Both the position numbers and the translations under genes were made by a program. Under the pieces are notes generated by a model. The model saw only the letters and a program-made list of their open reading frames with translations. It was not told where the DNA came from and made no database searches. This document shows positions 40,364-49,918 of a stretch of DNA of 64,000 bases, piece by piece; position 1 is the stretch's first letter; every line of letters starts with the position of its first letter. The stretch is from Rikenellaceae bacterium (GTDB lineage Bacteria > Bacteroidota > Bacteroidia > Bacteroidales > Rikenellaceae), in contig JBCQVH010000005.1 of NCBI GenBank assembly GCA_047173185.1, positions 49,567 through 113,566 on the forward strand, written 5' to 3'.

Positions 40364-41530
40364 CTAATCGTTATGTCGTTTGAGGGTTATTCTGATCTTC
40401 GTACCCTTGCCAATCTCGGACTCCACCACTGCAATACGTCCGTGGTGGTACTCCTCGACAATGCGCCTCGAGAGCGAGAGTCCCAAACCCCAACCGCGCG
40501 TCTTGGTTGTGAAACCTGGGGCGAAGATCCTCTTCCAGTTACCCTTAGGAATTCCCTTGCCGCTGTCGGCAACATCAATCATAACATCCTGATCCGTATA
40601 TGAGATCTTGACATCTATAGATCCGTGACCCTGAAGTGCATCCAACGAGTTCTTCATCAGATTCTCGATCACCCACTCAAAGAGTGCTGCATTCATCATC
40701 ACCTCTACAGGAGCCATCGCCAAACCGTTATACGAGAGGGTGACATTGCGCGGAATACGCTTCTTGAAGTACATAACGCTACCTCCGACAATCTCGTTGA
40801 CATTGGCAGGGGTGAGAGGTGTCTCCGACCCGATCTTCGAGAATCTATCGACAATCTTCATCAGGTGCGCCAGATCCTTATTCATCTCCTCAACCACCGA
40901 AGGGTCAATAGGTTGGGTCTTAAGGTACTCAATCCACCCCAACAGCGAGGAGGTGGGAGTTCCCAACTGGTGAGCCGTCTCCTTGGCGAGACCCACCCAC
41001 ACTCTATTCTGCTCCGAGTCCTTGGAGTTGGAGAGCGCGATATAACACAACACCGCAAAGAGCAGTATTGTAAAGATCTGAATAAAAGGAAAGTAGTACA
41101 GCCACGTCAAGAGTGACGAGCGACCATAGAAGAGGATATTTTTCTTCTCATTCCACATATACCTCACCACGATGGGTTGATTCAGCTCCGTGAGCTTCTC
41201 AATCTCGCGACGCAGTTTATCGGGGTGGTTGATGATATCCTCGGGGATCAGGTGCGACTCAATCACGCGCAGGTTCTCATCCGTCATCACGAATGGAATG
41301 TTCTGCTTGCTATTGACAATATCGGCAAGGAAAGGGTCGCTACGCCCCATCATATCTTGGTTGAGACGCTCCATGGCGTGTGCCCACACCATCACATCGT
41401 GCCTCTCCTTGTGACCGAGTGTTCGCGCCATGTTACCCGTCGCCAAGAGCGACAACACGCCAAGCAACACCCCCACAACGATTACCGCACGATTGCGAAA
41501 CGTAGCCGATAGTTGACCCAACCTATACAT
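40364..41530 (-). CDS. Sensor histidine kinase
   Basis: KETAHQLGTP H-box, ENLMKNSLDA, DSGKGI and GWGLGL motifs. Confidence 0.95.
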   Translation of the reverse strand: MYRLGQLSATFRNRAVIVVGVLLGVLSLLATGNMARTLGHKERHDVMVWAHAMERLNQDMMGRSDPFLADIVNSKQNIPFVMTDENLRVIESHLIPEDIINHPDKLRREIEKLTELNQPIVVRYMWNEKKNILFYGRSSLLTWLYYFPFIQIFTILLFAVLCYIALSNSKDSEQNRVWVGLAKETAHQLGTPTSSLLGWIEYLKTQPIDPSVVEEMNKDLAHLMKIVDRFSKIGSETPLTPANVNEIVGGSVMYFKKRIPRNVTLSYNGLAMAPVEVMMNAALFEWVIENLMKNSLDALQGHGSIDVKISYTDQDVMIDVADSGKGIPKGNWKRIFAPGFTTKTRGWGLGLSLSRRIVEEYHHGRIAVVESEIGKGTKIRITLKRHND

Positions 41531-41550
41531 ACCTATATATTAATATATAT

Positions 41551-43221
41551 TTACTCCTTGTGAGAGACCAAGCTGCGTTGCCACTCGCCATCCTTGGTAA
41601 GCACCTCCACAGCTTTAACAACATTGTCGTCATCGGGTAGAGATGCCTCGATAACACCGCGCAAATAGCCACTTCTCATTACCAAATCGCGCTCAATAAG
41701 ATCTACGATGTCGCTCTTGTGACGCTTAAGATTTGTCGCTTTGTCATCCTTAAGATCCGCCTCAATCGACTTAAGCCTCTCTGCAAAGTCATCATACTGC
41801 TCATCCTTCGCCAACTTCTGGAGATCTGTGAGGCTCTTGCGCGTGCGCGACTCGTAGGGCAGATCCCTACCCTTCATAAACTCCATAAAGGTGTTATACT
41901 CCTCGTCCGAGAGTTTGAAGTTCAAGATATCGAGTTTTATATCACCATTTTTGTCGCCATTTTTGCGGACATACTCATCCCCGAAGTCATCAATAAAGCC
42001 CACTCCGTAGAGCGCGCCAACAAAGCTGCTAAACTTGGGTGTCTCAATCTTAATGTCGGGGGTGACACCTCCGCCATCAAAGACCTTTCGACCAGATTTG
42101 GTCGTAAACTCACGTCTCACAGAGTCGGCAACCTTGGCGCGAACACCGCCAGCCTTGCCATCCTTGGAGTAGTCTATCGCCTGAATACAACGTCCCGAGG
42201 GGATGTAGTATCTCGCTGTGGTGAGCTTAAGGTATGAGTTATACCCAACAGGTATTGTGCTCTGCACCAACCCCTTACCGAAACTCTTAGAGCCAATCAA
42301 CACCGCGCGATCCAGATCTTGAAGTGCTCCAGCGACAATCTCCGCCGCCGATGCCGAGTTGCCATCTATCAAGACCACCAACGGCATATCCAACATAAGT
42401 GGCTGCTTCATGGTCTTATAGACTGTCGAGTCGCGACGCCCCTTAGTTTTGAGCACCTCGCTACCTTGGGGCACAAAGAGCGACAATATATTTATCGCCT
42501 CCTGCATGATGCCTCCACCGTTATCGCGATAGTCGAGAACAAGCCCCTTGAGACCCTCTTTCTGCATCGAGGTCAACGCTGTGCGCATCTCATCGTAGCT
42601 ACCCTCCGTGAAGTCGGTATGCTTCACGTAACCTATTGCATCCTTGGCATCTCCGACAAATCCATAGTATGGTATCGCAGGGATTTTGATCCTATCGCGC
42701 GTGACTGTCACATTGCGCGTCTTGGTGGTATCCTGCACTCCAGCCACCTTAACCTTGACCTTTGTTCCAGGCGTACCCTTCAGGCGCGAGCTGACATCCG
42801 AGACCTTGAAACCCTTAGCATTGACACCATCAATGGCGATGATGCGATCACCGATTTTAAGACCTGCTTGGTCGGCTGGAGAGCCTTCATATGGCTGAGC
42901 AATATGGACATAGTCACCCTTTTGGCGAATGATGGAGCCAATACCGCCATACTTTCCCGTTGTCATCATCTCGAAATCCGACATCTCCTCCTCAGGCAAA
43001 AACGCTGTGTAGGGGTCGAGATTTCGCGCCATAGCACCTGCGGCACTCTCCAAAAGTTTGCTAGGCTCAACCTCATCGACATAGTTGCCGTTAAGTTCGC
43101 GCATCAGGTTGATTACCAACTCAGTACTCTGCGTCAGTCCGAAGTCATTGCTCACCCCCTTGATGGATAGAGCCGCGACAATCACAACAGCAACAGCTGC
43201 TAAAAATCTTGATTTTATCAT
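41551..43221 (-). CDS. S41 family carboxy-terminal processing protease
   Basis: PDZ domain; DYRDNGGG, SASAAEI and GKGLVQ motifs. Confidence 0.95.
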   Translation of the reverse strand: MIKSRFLAAVAVVIVAALSIKGVSNDFGLTQSTELVINLMRELNGNYVDEVEPSKLLESAAGAMARNLDPYTAFLPEEEMSDFEMMTTGKYGGIGSIIRQKGDYVHIAQPYEGSPADQAGLKIGDRIIAIDGVNAKGFKVSDVSSRLKGTPGTKVKVKVAGVQDTTKTRNVTVTRDRIKIPAIPYYGFVGDAKDAIGYVKHTDFTEGSYDEMRTALTSMQKEGLKGLVLDYRDNGGGIMQEAINILSLFVPQGSEVLKTKGRRDSTVYKTMKQPLMLDMPLVVLIDGNSASAAEIVAGALQDLDRAVLIGSKSFGKGLVQSTIPVGYNSYLKLTTARYYIPSGRCIQAIDYSKDGKAGGVRAKVADSVRREFTTKSGRKVFDGGGVTPDIKIETPKFSSFVGALYGVGFIDDFGDEYVRKNGDKNGDIKLDILNFKLSDEEYNTFMEFMKGRDLPYESRTRKSLTDLQKLAKDEQYDDFAERLKSIEADLKDDKATNLKRHKSDIVDLIERDLVMRSGYLRGVIEASLPDDDNVVKAVEVLTKDGEWQRSLVSHKE

Positions 43222-43268
43222 CTTTTCCCTATTTTATGGATGGACTCCCGAGCCTCTCCCTAGAGAGC

Positions 43269-43736
43269 TTACTCCTCAGAGCTCTCGATCGCGCTCTCTA
43301 AGCGATAGATAATCAGCGCGACACCGCGACGAATACCCTCGACAACCAATTTGTCGCCAACCTGCGAGATCACAATCTCATCCTCAAACAAAAACGTAAA
43401 CTTCTTCAAAAAATTGCTACTCTCGAATAGCATCTCGCCACGGCTCTCGCTCTTCAACTTAAAGCCATTGACAGCCAACGAGTTGATGATAGCCTCACGA
43501 TTCTTCACAAGGTCACCGCTGATCTCCTTGCGCATGAATCCAAAGACTGGATAGGAGATCGACAAAGCCAAAATCGCAATCACCATGATGATGCCACGCT
43601 GTGACGAGTAGAGTGCTTGGAGCGTCTGCGATGGTGTCAACATCGACATGCCCGTAAGCGACATAAGGTAGATCACCGCCAAATAGACTACACACAATGA
43701 GATAAGGTACTTAAACGCTCTTGAAAAGTATTTCAT
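43269..43736 (-). CDS. Hypothetical membrane protein
   Basis: Two TM segments; fits the operon between ispH and the S41 protease. Confidence 0.75.
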   Translation of the reverse strand: MKYFSRAFKYLISLCVVYLAVIYLMSLTGMSMLTPSQTLQALYSSQRGIIMVIAILALSISYPVFGFMRKEISGDLVKNREAIINSLAVNGFKLKSESRGEMLFESSNFLKKFTFLFEDEIVISQVGDKLVVEGIRRGVALIIYRLESAIESSEE

Positions 43737-43753
43737 AATATTTTATAAATTAA

Positions 43754-44626
43754 TTAGTTACACATTTTTTCTATCGACTCGGCAACCTGCCTCATCAACC
43801 ATGCAGGGGTGGATGTCGCCCCACATATTCCCACCGACTCGACACCCTCCAGCCACGAACTCTCGATCTCGCTCTCATCCTCAACGAAGTAGGCGTTGGA
43901 GTTTGCACCTCGACAGAGGTCGTAGAGCACCTTGCCGTTGCTCGACTTCTTGCCACTCACGAAGATCACAACATCGTAGCTGCTGGCGAACTCCTTAAGG
44001 TGCACCTCACGTGACGATACGCGCCTACATATCGTGTCGCAGACAACAATATCTCGCTCAACATCGCCCTCATATCGCTCCTTAATAACTGCAGTAAGTC
44101 TCTCAAAAAGTGCAATACTCTGGGTGGTTTGCGACAAAAAATATATCGGTCTTGAAAAGTCCACACCATCCATATCCGCCTCACTCTCAACAACAACAAC
44201 CTCGTCATCCACCTGACCCGTCAACCCCACAACCTCGGCATGACCGCGCTTGCCCAACAAGACAACCTGACCTCCAACCGCCTCCATCTGCTCAAACGCC
44301 ATCTTAACCCTCTGTTGCAACTTCGCAACCACAGGGCAGGTGGCGTCAATCACCTCAACGCCTTGATCTTTAGCGAGTTTATATGTCGATGGTGGCTCTC
44401 CATGTGCGCGTATCAACATACGCCCTTCGCACGTTGACTTCGAGATCTCCGCCTTGGTGATGGTCACCATCCCCAACGATTCAAGTCTCTGAACCTCAAC
44501 ACGATTGTGGACGATATCACCTAAACAGTAGACAATACCATCCTCACTCAATGCGCGCTCCGCCTCCTCGATGGCGCGAACCACCCCAAAACAGAACCCC
44601 GATTGTGGATCAATATCGACTCTCAT
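43754..44626 (-). CDS. ispH: 4-hydroxy-3-methylbut-2-enyl diphosphate reductase
   Basis: GFCFGV, RAHG, DATCP, SQTT, TIC and SSN motifs; ATG at 44626. Confidence 0.95.
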   Translation of the reverse strand: MRVDIDPQSGFCFGVVRAIEEAERALSEDGIVYCLGDIVHNRVEVQRLESLGMVTITKAEISKSTCEGRMLIRAHGEPPSTYKLAKDQGVEVIDATCPVVAKLQQRVKMAFEQMEAVGGQVVLLGKRGHAEVVGLTGQVDDEVVVVESEADMDGVDFSRPIYFLSQTTQSIALFERLTAVIKERYEGDVERDIVVCDTICRRVSSREVHLKEFASSYDVVIFVSGKKSSNGKVLYDLCRGANSNAYFVEDESEIESSWLEGVESVGICGATSTPAWLMRQVAESIEKMCN

Positions 44627-44634
44627 AGCCCCCA

Positions 44635-45336
44635 TTATTGTAAAATTCGCTCCTCGTAGAGCCTCAAAAACCACTCCATCTGCTCCTCAACACTCATGTA
44701 GGTGTTGTCGAGAACTATTGCGTCATCCGCCTTACGTAGTGGCGAGATTGCGCGCTCCTCATCGGCACGATCTCGCTCCATGATGTTGGTCTCGATCTCC
44801 TCAAGGCTCACCGTCGCACCCTTAGCCTGCAACTCCGCATATCTGCGCTCCGCACGAACCCTCGGCTCAGCGGTCATAAAGAGCTTGATCTCAGCCGATG
44901 GAAATACCACCGTGCCGATATCGCGACCATCCATCACAATACCGCCCTCGTGCCCCATCTTCTGTTGTAGGGCAACGAGCTTCTCGCGCACCGCGGCAAT
45001 GGAGCTCACCTTGCTCACCCTCTCGCTCACCGCCATAGTGCGGATCTCATCCTCGACCCTCTCAGCACCTAGATATATGTCGCTCGCACCTCGTTGGGCG
45101 TTATACGCAAAACGAATATCCAACATCGGCAGTAGAGCCTCGATTTGCGACACATTCGCCTCGCCACCCTCGAACGCTCCCGACCTCACAGCCGCCAGTG
45201 TCACAGCGCGATACATAGCCCCTGTGTCGATAAATATATAGCCCAACTTCGCCGCTATAGCCTTTGCGAATGTGCTCTTTCCGCACGACGAGTAGCCATC
45301 TAGCGCGATTATAATTTGTTTGTTAGCTTGCTCCAT
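44635..45336 (-). CDS. cmk: Cytidylate kinase
   Basis: DG.SSCGKST, DTGAMYR and DGRDIGTVVFP motifs. Confidence 0.96.
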   Translation of the reverse strand: MEQANKQIIIALDGYSSCGKSTFAKAIAAKLGYIFIDTGAMYRAVTLAAVRSGAFEGGEANVSQIEALLPMLDIRFAYNAQRGASDIYLGAERVEDEIRTMAVSERVSKVSSIAAVREKLVALQQKMGHEGGIVMDGRDIGTVVFPSAEIKLFMTAEPRVRAERRYAELQAKGATVSLEEIETNIMERDRADEERAISPLRKADDAIVLDNTYMSVEEQMEWFLRLYEERILQ

Positions 45337-46016
45337 AGTTCAAATAAATTAACAAAAGTTGAGAGTATCGTGTAGACTCCCAACAGCGAGATTATTGAGC
45401 CTGCGACATGGTTGATTGTGAGCATATGTCGGGGGCGAAATCTCGACCTGAAGAGGCTGATAACGCACGCCAGTCCGCTCCACCACGCCACCGCACCAAT
45501 AAAAAATCCCGAGATCACCAACACCCCACTCAACAGATTGATCGCCCATGTTGAGCTATCGGATATATCGGCTGTCGAGATGTTGAACATCGCGAAAAAT
45601 GCCAAAATATAGGGTATCACCATTAGGAAATTGGCGATGGTAAATCCAAAGATTGAGACAAAATCCTGCCATGAGGAGCTACGTCCTGCGCGGTTATTTC
45701 TAATCTGCGTCACAGGATTTTGGAAGAAGATGAAGAGACCCACACCCACAACAAAGACTCCACCCACAATGCGGAGGACAAAGTTATATTCGTCAATGGC
45801 ATCCTTCAAGATGGCGTAGAAGAAGTAGGCGACAATCGCCATGAGGGTATCCGCCACCGCGACACCAAAGCCCGACATCAACCCCGAGCGTCGACTCTTG
45901 CTCAGCGTTCGCTGGATGCAGAGCACCGCCACGGGACCCACAGTGATAGATGCCGCAACACCCACCATTAGCGAGCGCAAAAATATATCAACAATGCTAT
46001 ATAACAATTCGTTCAT
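45309..46016 (-). CDS. LysE family translocator
   Basis: SITVGPVAVLCIQRTL motif and TM pattern. Confidence 0.88.
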   Translation of the reverse strand: MNELLYSIVDIFLRSLMVGVAASITVGPVAVLCIQRTLSKSRRSGLMSGFGVAVADTLMAIVAYFFYAILKDAIDEYNFVLRIVGGVFVVGVGLFIFFQNPVTQIRNNRAGRSSSWQDFVSIFGFTIANFLMVIPYILAFFAMFNISTADISDSSTWAINLLSGVLVISGFFIGAVAWWSGLACVISLFRSRFRPRHMLTINHVAGSIISLLGVYTILSTFVNLFELWSKLTNKL

Positions 46017-46122
46017 CTCAAAAACTTACTTTCTAATTCGATACCCTCGAAAATCGGGCACAATAGGGAACAAATATACAAATTTTTTGGGAGTTAAATA
46101 TCAAAAACTCTATATTTGTGAT

Positions 46123-48234
46123 ATGAATAAGATTTTAGATGGCAGTGTGATGTATATCCCCAAGGTCGGAGAGGCGCGAGCTAAGCTACTTGAAAAGGAG
46201 CTAGGCATTGTGACTCTGCGCGATATGCTCTACCATCTACCCTTTAGATATATCGACCGCACACGCGTTTACCCCATTGCCGAGGTGACAGATCAGGAGA
46301 GTTCGTTGCTTCAAATTCGGGGGCGCGTCACGGGGGTGAGCTACGCTGGCGAGGGTCGCAAACAGCGTTTCACCGCACACATAAGTGATGGAACAGCCTC
46401 GGCGGATCTGATCTGGTTTCAGGGCGTCAAGTGGATCGAGAAACGAATTGAGGTGGGGCGCGAGTACCTCATCTTTGGGCGTCCGACATTTTATGGGCAC
46501 TCCATGTCGATGGTTCACCCCGAGTTGGAGACCATCGAGAAGGTGATGTCGCAACGCCCCGAGAGCGGACTTCAAGGGGTCTACTCCACAACCGAGACAC
46601 TTGGGCGCACCTTAGGAAGTAAGGGTATCTATAACATAATCTGCGAGTTATGGCGTCGCGTAGGGTCTCAGATCGAGGAGACACTACCTCAGAATATTAT
46701 CGCCAACTATGGGCTTTTGTCGCTCAGAGAGGCACTCTACAATGTTCACTTTCCACAATCCCAAGAGCTACTTTCGCGCGCGATGTATCGCCTAAAGTTC
46801 GAGGAACTTTTTGGTTTGCAGCTCGTTATTGGGGTGAGGCGCAGCGACCGAATATCCAAGCGTAACGGATTTCTGATGCCCAAGGTGGGGGATCTATTCA
46901 ATAGATTCTACAGCGAGCTGTTGCCGTTTCCGCTCACAGGGGCACAAAAGCGCGTCATCAAGGAGATCCGCACCGACACAACATCGGGGTATCAGATGAA
47001 CCGACTTCTGCAGGGTGATGTGGGTAGCGGAAAGACGGTGGTATCGCTTGCGGTGATGCTCCTCGCCGTAGATAATGGTTTTCAGGCGTGCATCATGGCT
47101 CCCACTGAGATTCTTGCGCGACAGCACTTCGCATCCATGCAGCGCATGACCGAGGGGCTACCTATTAATATTGGAATACTTACGGGATCTTCGCGCGCCA
47201 AGGAGCGTCGCACTGCCCTCGAAGGGATCGCATCGGGAGAGATAAATATCTTGATTGGAACACATGCTCTACTGGAGGATCGCGTTGTCTTTCAGAACCT
47301 TGGATTTGTGGTCATTGACGAGCAACACCGCTTTGGTGTGGAGCAACGTTCGCGACTTTGGAGCAAGAATGTACAGCCTCCGCATGTGCTGGTGATGACT
47401 GCGACACCCATACCGCGCACCCTCGCAATGACACTCTATGGTGATCTCGACGTCTCGGTGATTGACGAGCTACCTCCAGGTCGTAAGCCCATCAAGACCG
47501 TTCACTACACCGACGCGGCACGTCTGCGCCTCTGGGGTTTTATGCGAGAGCAGATTGCGCAGGGGCGTCAGGTATATGTGGTATATCCGCTGATCGAGGG
47601 GTCGGAGAAGATGGACTACAAGGATCTTCACGATGGTTACGACTCCATTTCGTGCGACTTCCCTCTGCCTCAGTACCATACGACCATATGTCACGGCAAG
47701 ATGAAACCTGCCGACAAGGATGAATCCATGCGTCAGTTTAAGAGCGGAGAGGCGCAGATCATGGTTGCAACATCCGTCATCGAGGTGGGGGTGGATGTCC
47801 CCAACGCCACGGTGATGGTCATAGAGTCAGCCGAGAGGTTTGGACTCTCGCAGCTCCACCAACTTCGCGGTCGCGTAGGTCGCGGATCGGAGCAGTCGTT
47901 TTGCATCTTGATGTCGGGCGAGAAACTCTCGCGCGAGTCTCGCGCACGCCTAGAGGCTATGTGCCAGACAAATGACGGATTCCGACTCTCGGAGCTTGAC
48001 CTCCAACTGCGCGGAGCAGGAGATATCAACGGAACACTCCAAAGCGGTGAGGCTCTCTCTCTCAAAGTCGCCAACCTCGCCCTCGATAGCGAAATCCTAG
48101 CCACAGCGAGAGGCTGTGCCGAGGCAATCCTTGAGGTCGATCCTCAACTCGAAGCCCCTGCAAACACCCTCCTGCGACAACTTCGCGACCAACACCAACC
48201 GCGCAAACGACTCGACTTCTCAATGATATCGTAG
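46123..48234 (+). CDS. recG: ATP-dependent DNA helicase RecG
   Basis: QGDVGSGKT, DEQHRFG, MTATPIPRT and QLRGRVGRG motifs; ATG at 46123 follows a TAtaTTTG element. Confidence 0.97.
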   Translation: MNKILDGSVMYIPKVGEARAKLLEKELGIVTLRDMLYHLPFRYIDRTRVYPIAEVTDQESSLLQIRGRVTGVSYAGEGRKQRFTAHISDGTASADLIWFQGVKWIEKRIEVGREYLIFGRPTFYGHSMSMVHPELETIEKVMSQRPESGLQGVYSTTETLGRTLGSKGIYNIICELWRRVGSQIEETLPQNIIANYGLLSLREALYNVHFPQSQELLSRAMYRLKFEELFGLQLVIGVRRSDRISKRNGFLMPKVGDLFNRFYSELLPFPLTGAQKRVIKEIRTDTTSGYQMNRLLQGDVGSGKTVVSLAVMLLAVDNGFQACIMAPTEILARQHFASMQRMTEGLPINIGILTGSSRAKERRTALEGIASGEINILIGTHALLEDRVVFQNLGFVVIDEQHRFGVEQRSRLWSKNVQPPHVLVMTATPIPRTLAMTLYGDLDVSVIDELPPGRKPIKTVHYTDAARLRLWGFMREQIAQGRQVYVVYPLIEGSEKMDYKDLHDGYDSISCDFPLPQYHTTICHGKMKPADKDESMRQFKSGEAQIMVATSVIEVGVDVPNATVMVIESAERFGLSQLHQLRGRVGRGSEQSFCILMSGEKLSRESRARLEAMCQTNDGFRLSELDLQLRGAGDINGTLQSGEALSLKVANLALDSEILATARGCAEAILEVDPQLEAPANTLLRQLRDQHQPRKRLDFSMIS

Positions 48235-48374
48235 TCACCCTCAATACATTACAAAAGTGTAGTCAATATATAACATTTTAATTTGCAATATAGTTTAAAT
48301 TTTGCATTTTAACTTTTTTATCATATCTTTGAGTCTAAACGTTTTATCAAAGTATTAATTAAAAAACTAAAACT

Positions 48375-49613
48375 ATGTTTGGACGAAAGAAAAAGAGTAA
48401 TAGCAACTCCACTATTGAGAGTGCACTATCTCATCTTGCGCAAGCAGGGAGCGACCACCCCAACGCCGAGGCATACAAATGGTTGGATGAGGCGATGTAT
48501 ACCTCATCGAAGATTAAGGGTGATGAACGAGAGAGTGACATTGTAGAGTATGATAATATCTTCCCAACTAATGCCGAGCAGGCTGAGAAAATGCGACAAT
48601 GTGTCGATAAAGCCCAGGAGGTGGCAGGTGACCCCAATGACCAATTTTTAAACACACGTGTTGAGACTCTCAACAAGGTTATCAACTGGTCGACACAACG
48701 CCACAGCACATTCCAGTGGGTTCTAATCGTTGGTGTTGTTATAACACTTATCATCTTCAACTTCATGCGTGGCAGTCAAGAGGAGGATGTCGCAAGGGCA
48801 CAGGCTAAGTTGGAGATTGTGAAGAACTGGACTGCTCAAGATACTACAGTCAACTACGCCACACTTTCCTTTGTGAAGATGAAGTATGATGATCGCTTTG
48901 TTCGCGCCAACAACTACAAACTCGAAAAGCTCAGCGGAATAAAGGATAGGGCTGATTACTGTAGTAAAAATGCCGTTACTCATCGCCAACAAGCCGACAC
49001 CACAAAAAGTGCTGACGATAAAAAGAGCTACTTAGAGTATGCACAGAAGGAGGAGAAGGAGGCAAAAGAGAAGAGAGAGCTATTTGACGAGATCAATAAT
49101 ATGAAGTTCAAAGAGTTCCACGAATTGGCAATTGGCGAAATGGAGCGTCGTGTAGATAACGAGCAAAGCTCATCAAACGGGTTGCTCCGCTGGTTTATAT
49201 TTTTCGCCATACTAATTCCACTCTACATCATCTCACAACGTCCATATGGCTACACCATAACGCGACTAAAGACAGAGAGCGCAATAGTTGGAGGCATCCA
49301 GAAGATATTTGTCGGAATGGGAGCAGGTTTAGCACTGGGAGGCTTGGCAATGCAGTATGTGCCAACAACATACATCACCAAGTGGAGCGATGGCTCGACA
49401 ACTAAGGAGAAGGGCAGCACTGCTGATTTTGCGTCGCATCTAACCATACAACTTATATTTATCGCTGTGGGTGTATTTATCTTCTGCTTCACATCATCAC
49501 TACTGATGATATACCTCACGTTTCAAGGTCTGCGTCGAAACTATAATTGGAGTAACATAGCTGCGAAAGCACAAAGCTACACCAAGAAAGATGACGAACA
49601 AAAAACTGAGTAA
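48375..49613 (+). CDS. Hypothetical membrane protein with a coiled-coil loop
   Basis: 412-aa ORF with about 4 TM segments and its own TAtcTTTG promoter element. Confidence 0.75.
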   Translation: MFGRKKKSNSNSTIESALSHLAQAGSDHPNAEAYKWLDEAMYTSSKIKGDERESDIVEYDNIFPTNAEQAEKMRQCVDKAQEVAGDPNDQFLNTRVETLNKVINWSTQRHSTFQWVLIVGVVITLIIFNFMRGSQEEDVARAQAKLEIVKNWTAQDTTVNYATLSFVKMKYDDRFVRANNYKLEKLSGIKDRADYCSKNAVTHRQQADTTKSADDKKSYLEYAQKEEKEAKEKRELFDEINNMKFKEFHELAIGEMERRVDNEQSSSNGLLRWFIFFAILIPLYIISQRPYGYTITRLKTESAIVGGIQKIFVGMGAGLALGGLAMQYVPTTYITKWSDGSTTKEKGSTADFASHLTIQLIFIAVGVFIFCFTSSLLMIYLTFQGLRRNYNWSNIAAKAQSYTKKDDEQKTE

Positions 49614-49698
49614 AGATCTATTTGAGAACTTGCTGTCTCATTTTGGGACTTTGGGACAAAGAGAGACCCAAAGCGTCAATACTGAGAGAGGTGGAACG

Positions 49699-49905
49699 TC
49701 GGCATGTGGCACGCGACGATAGTCGCGTGAAAAATAAAAGCGAAGATTTTTTAGATTAAGAGCCGACCGTAGGAGGCTTTTAAGATCTAAAAAATCTTCG
49801 CTTTTATTTTTAGCAGTTTCCAAAAAGAAACTGCGTACCACATGACCGCTAGAGAATAGCTCCGCGGGGAGCACCCCGCCGCTGTCCGCGCAGGACATAC
49901 CCCAG
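49699..49905. other. Structured non-coding repeat element, copy B
   Basis: Homologous to 34347-34549, with the same hairpin order and different stem sequences. Confidence 0.8.
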
Positions 49906-49918
49906 CCGTCCGATATAC

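Noticed and set aside
45841-46122. N-terminal extension of RecG in the ORF track
   Set aside because: It overlaps the divergent LysE gene and the promoter; the true start is probably 46123.
49638-49898. 86-aa ORF
   Set aside because: It is a chance frame across the structured element, with no equivalent in copy A.
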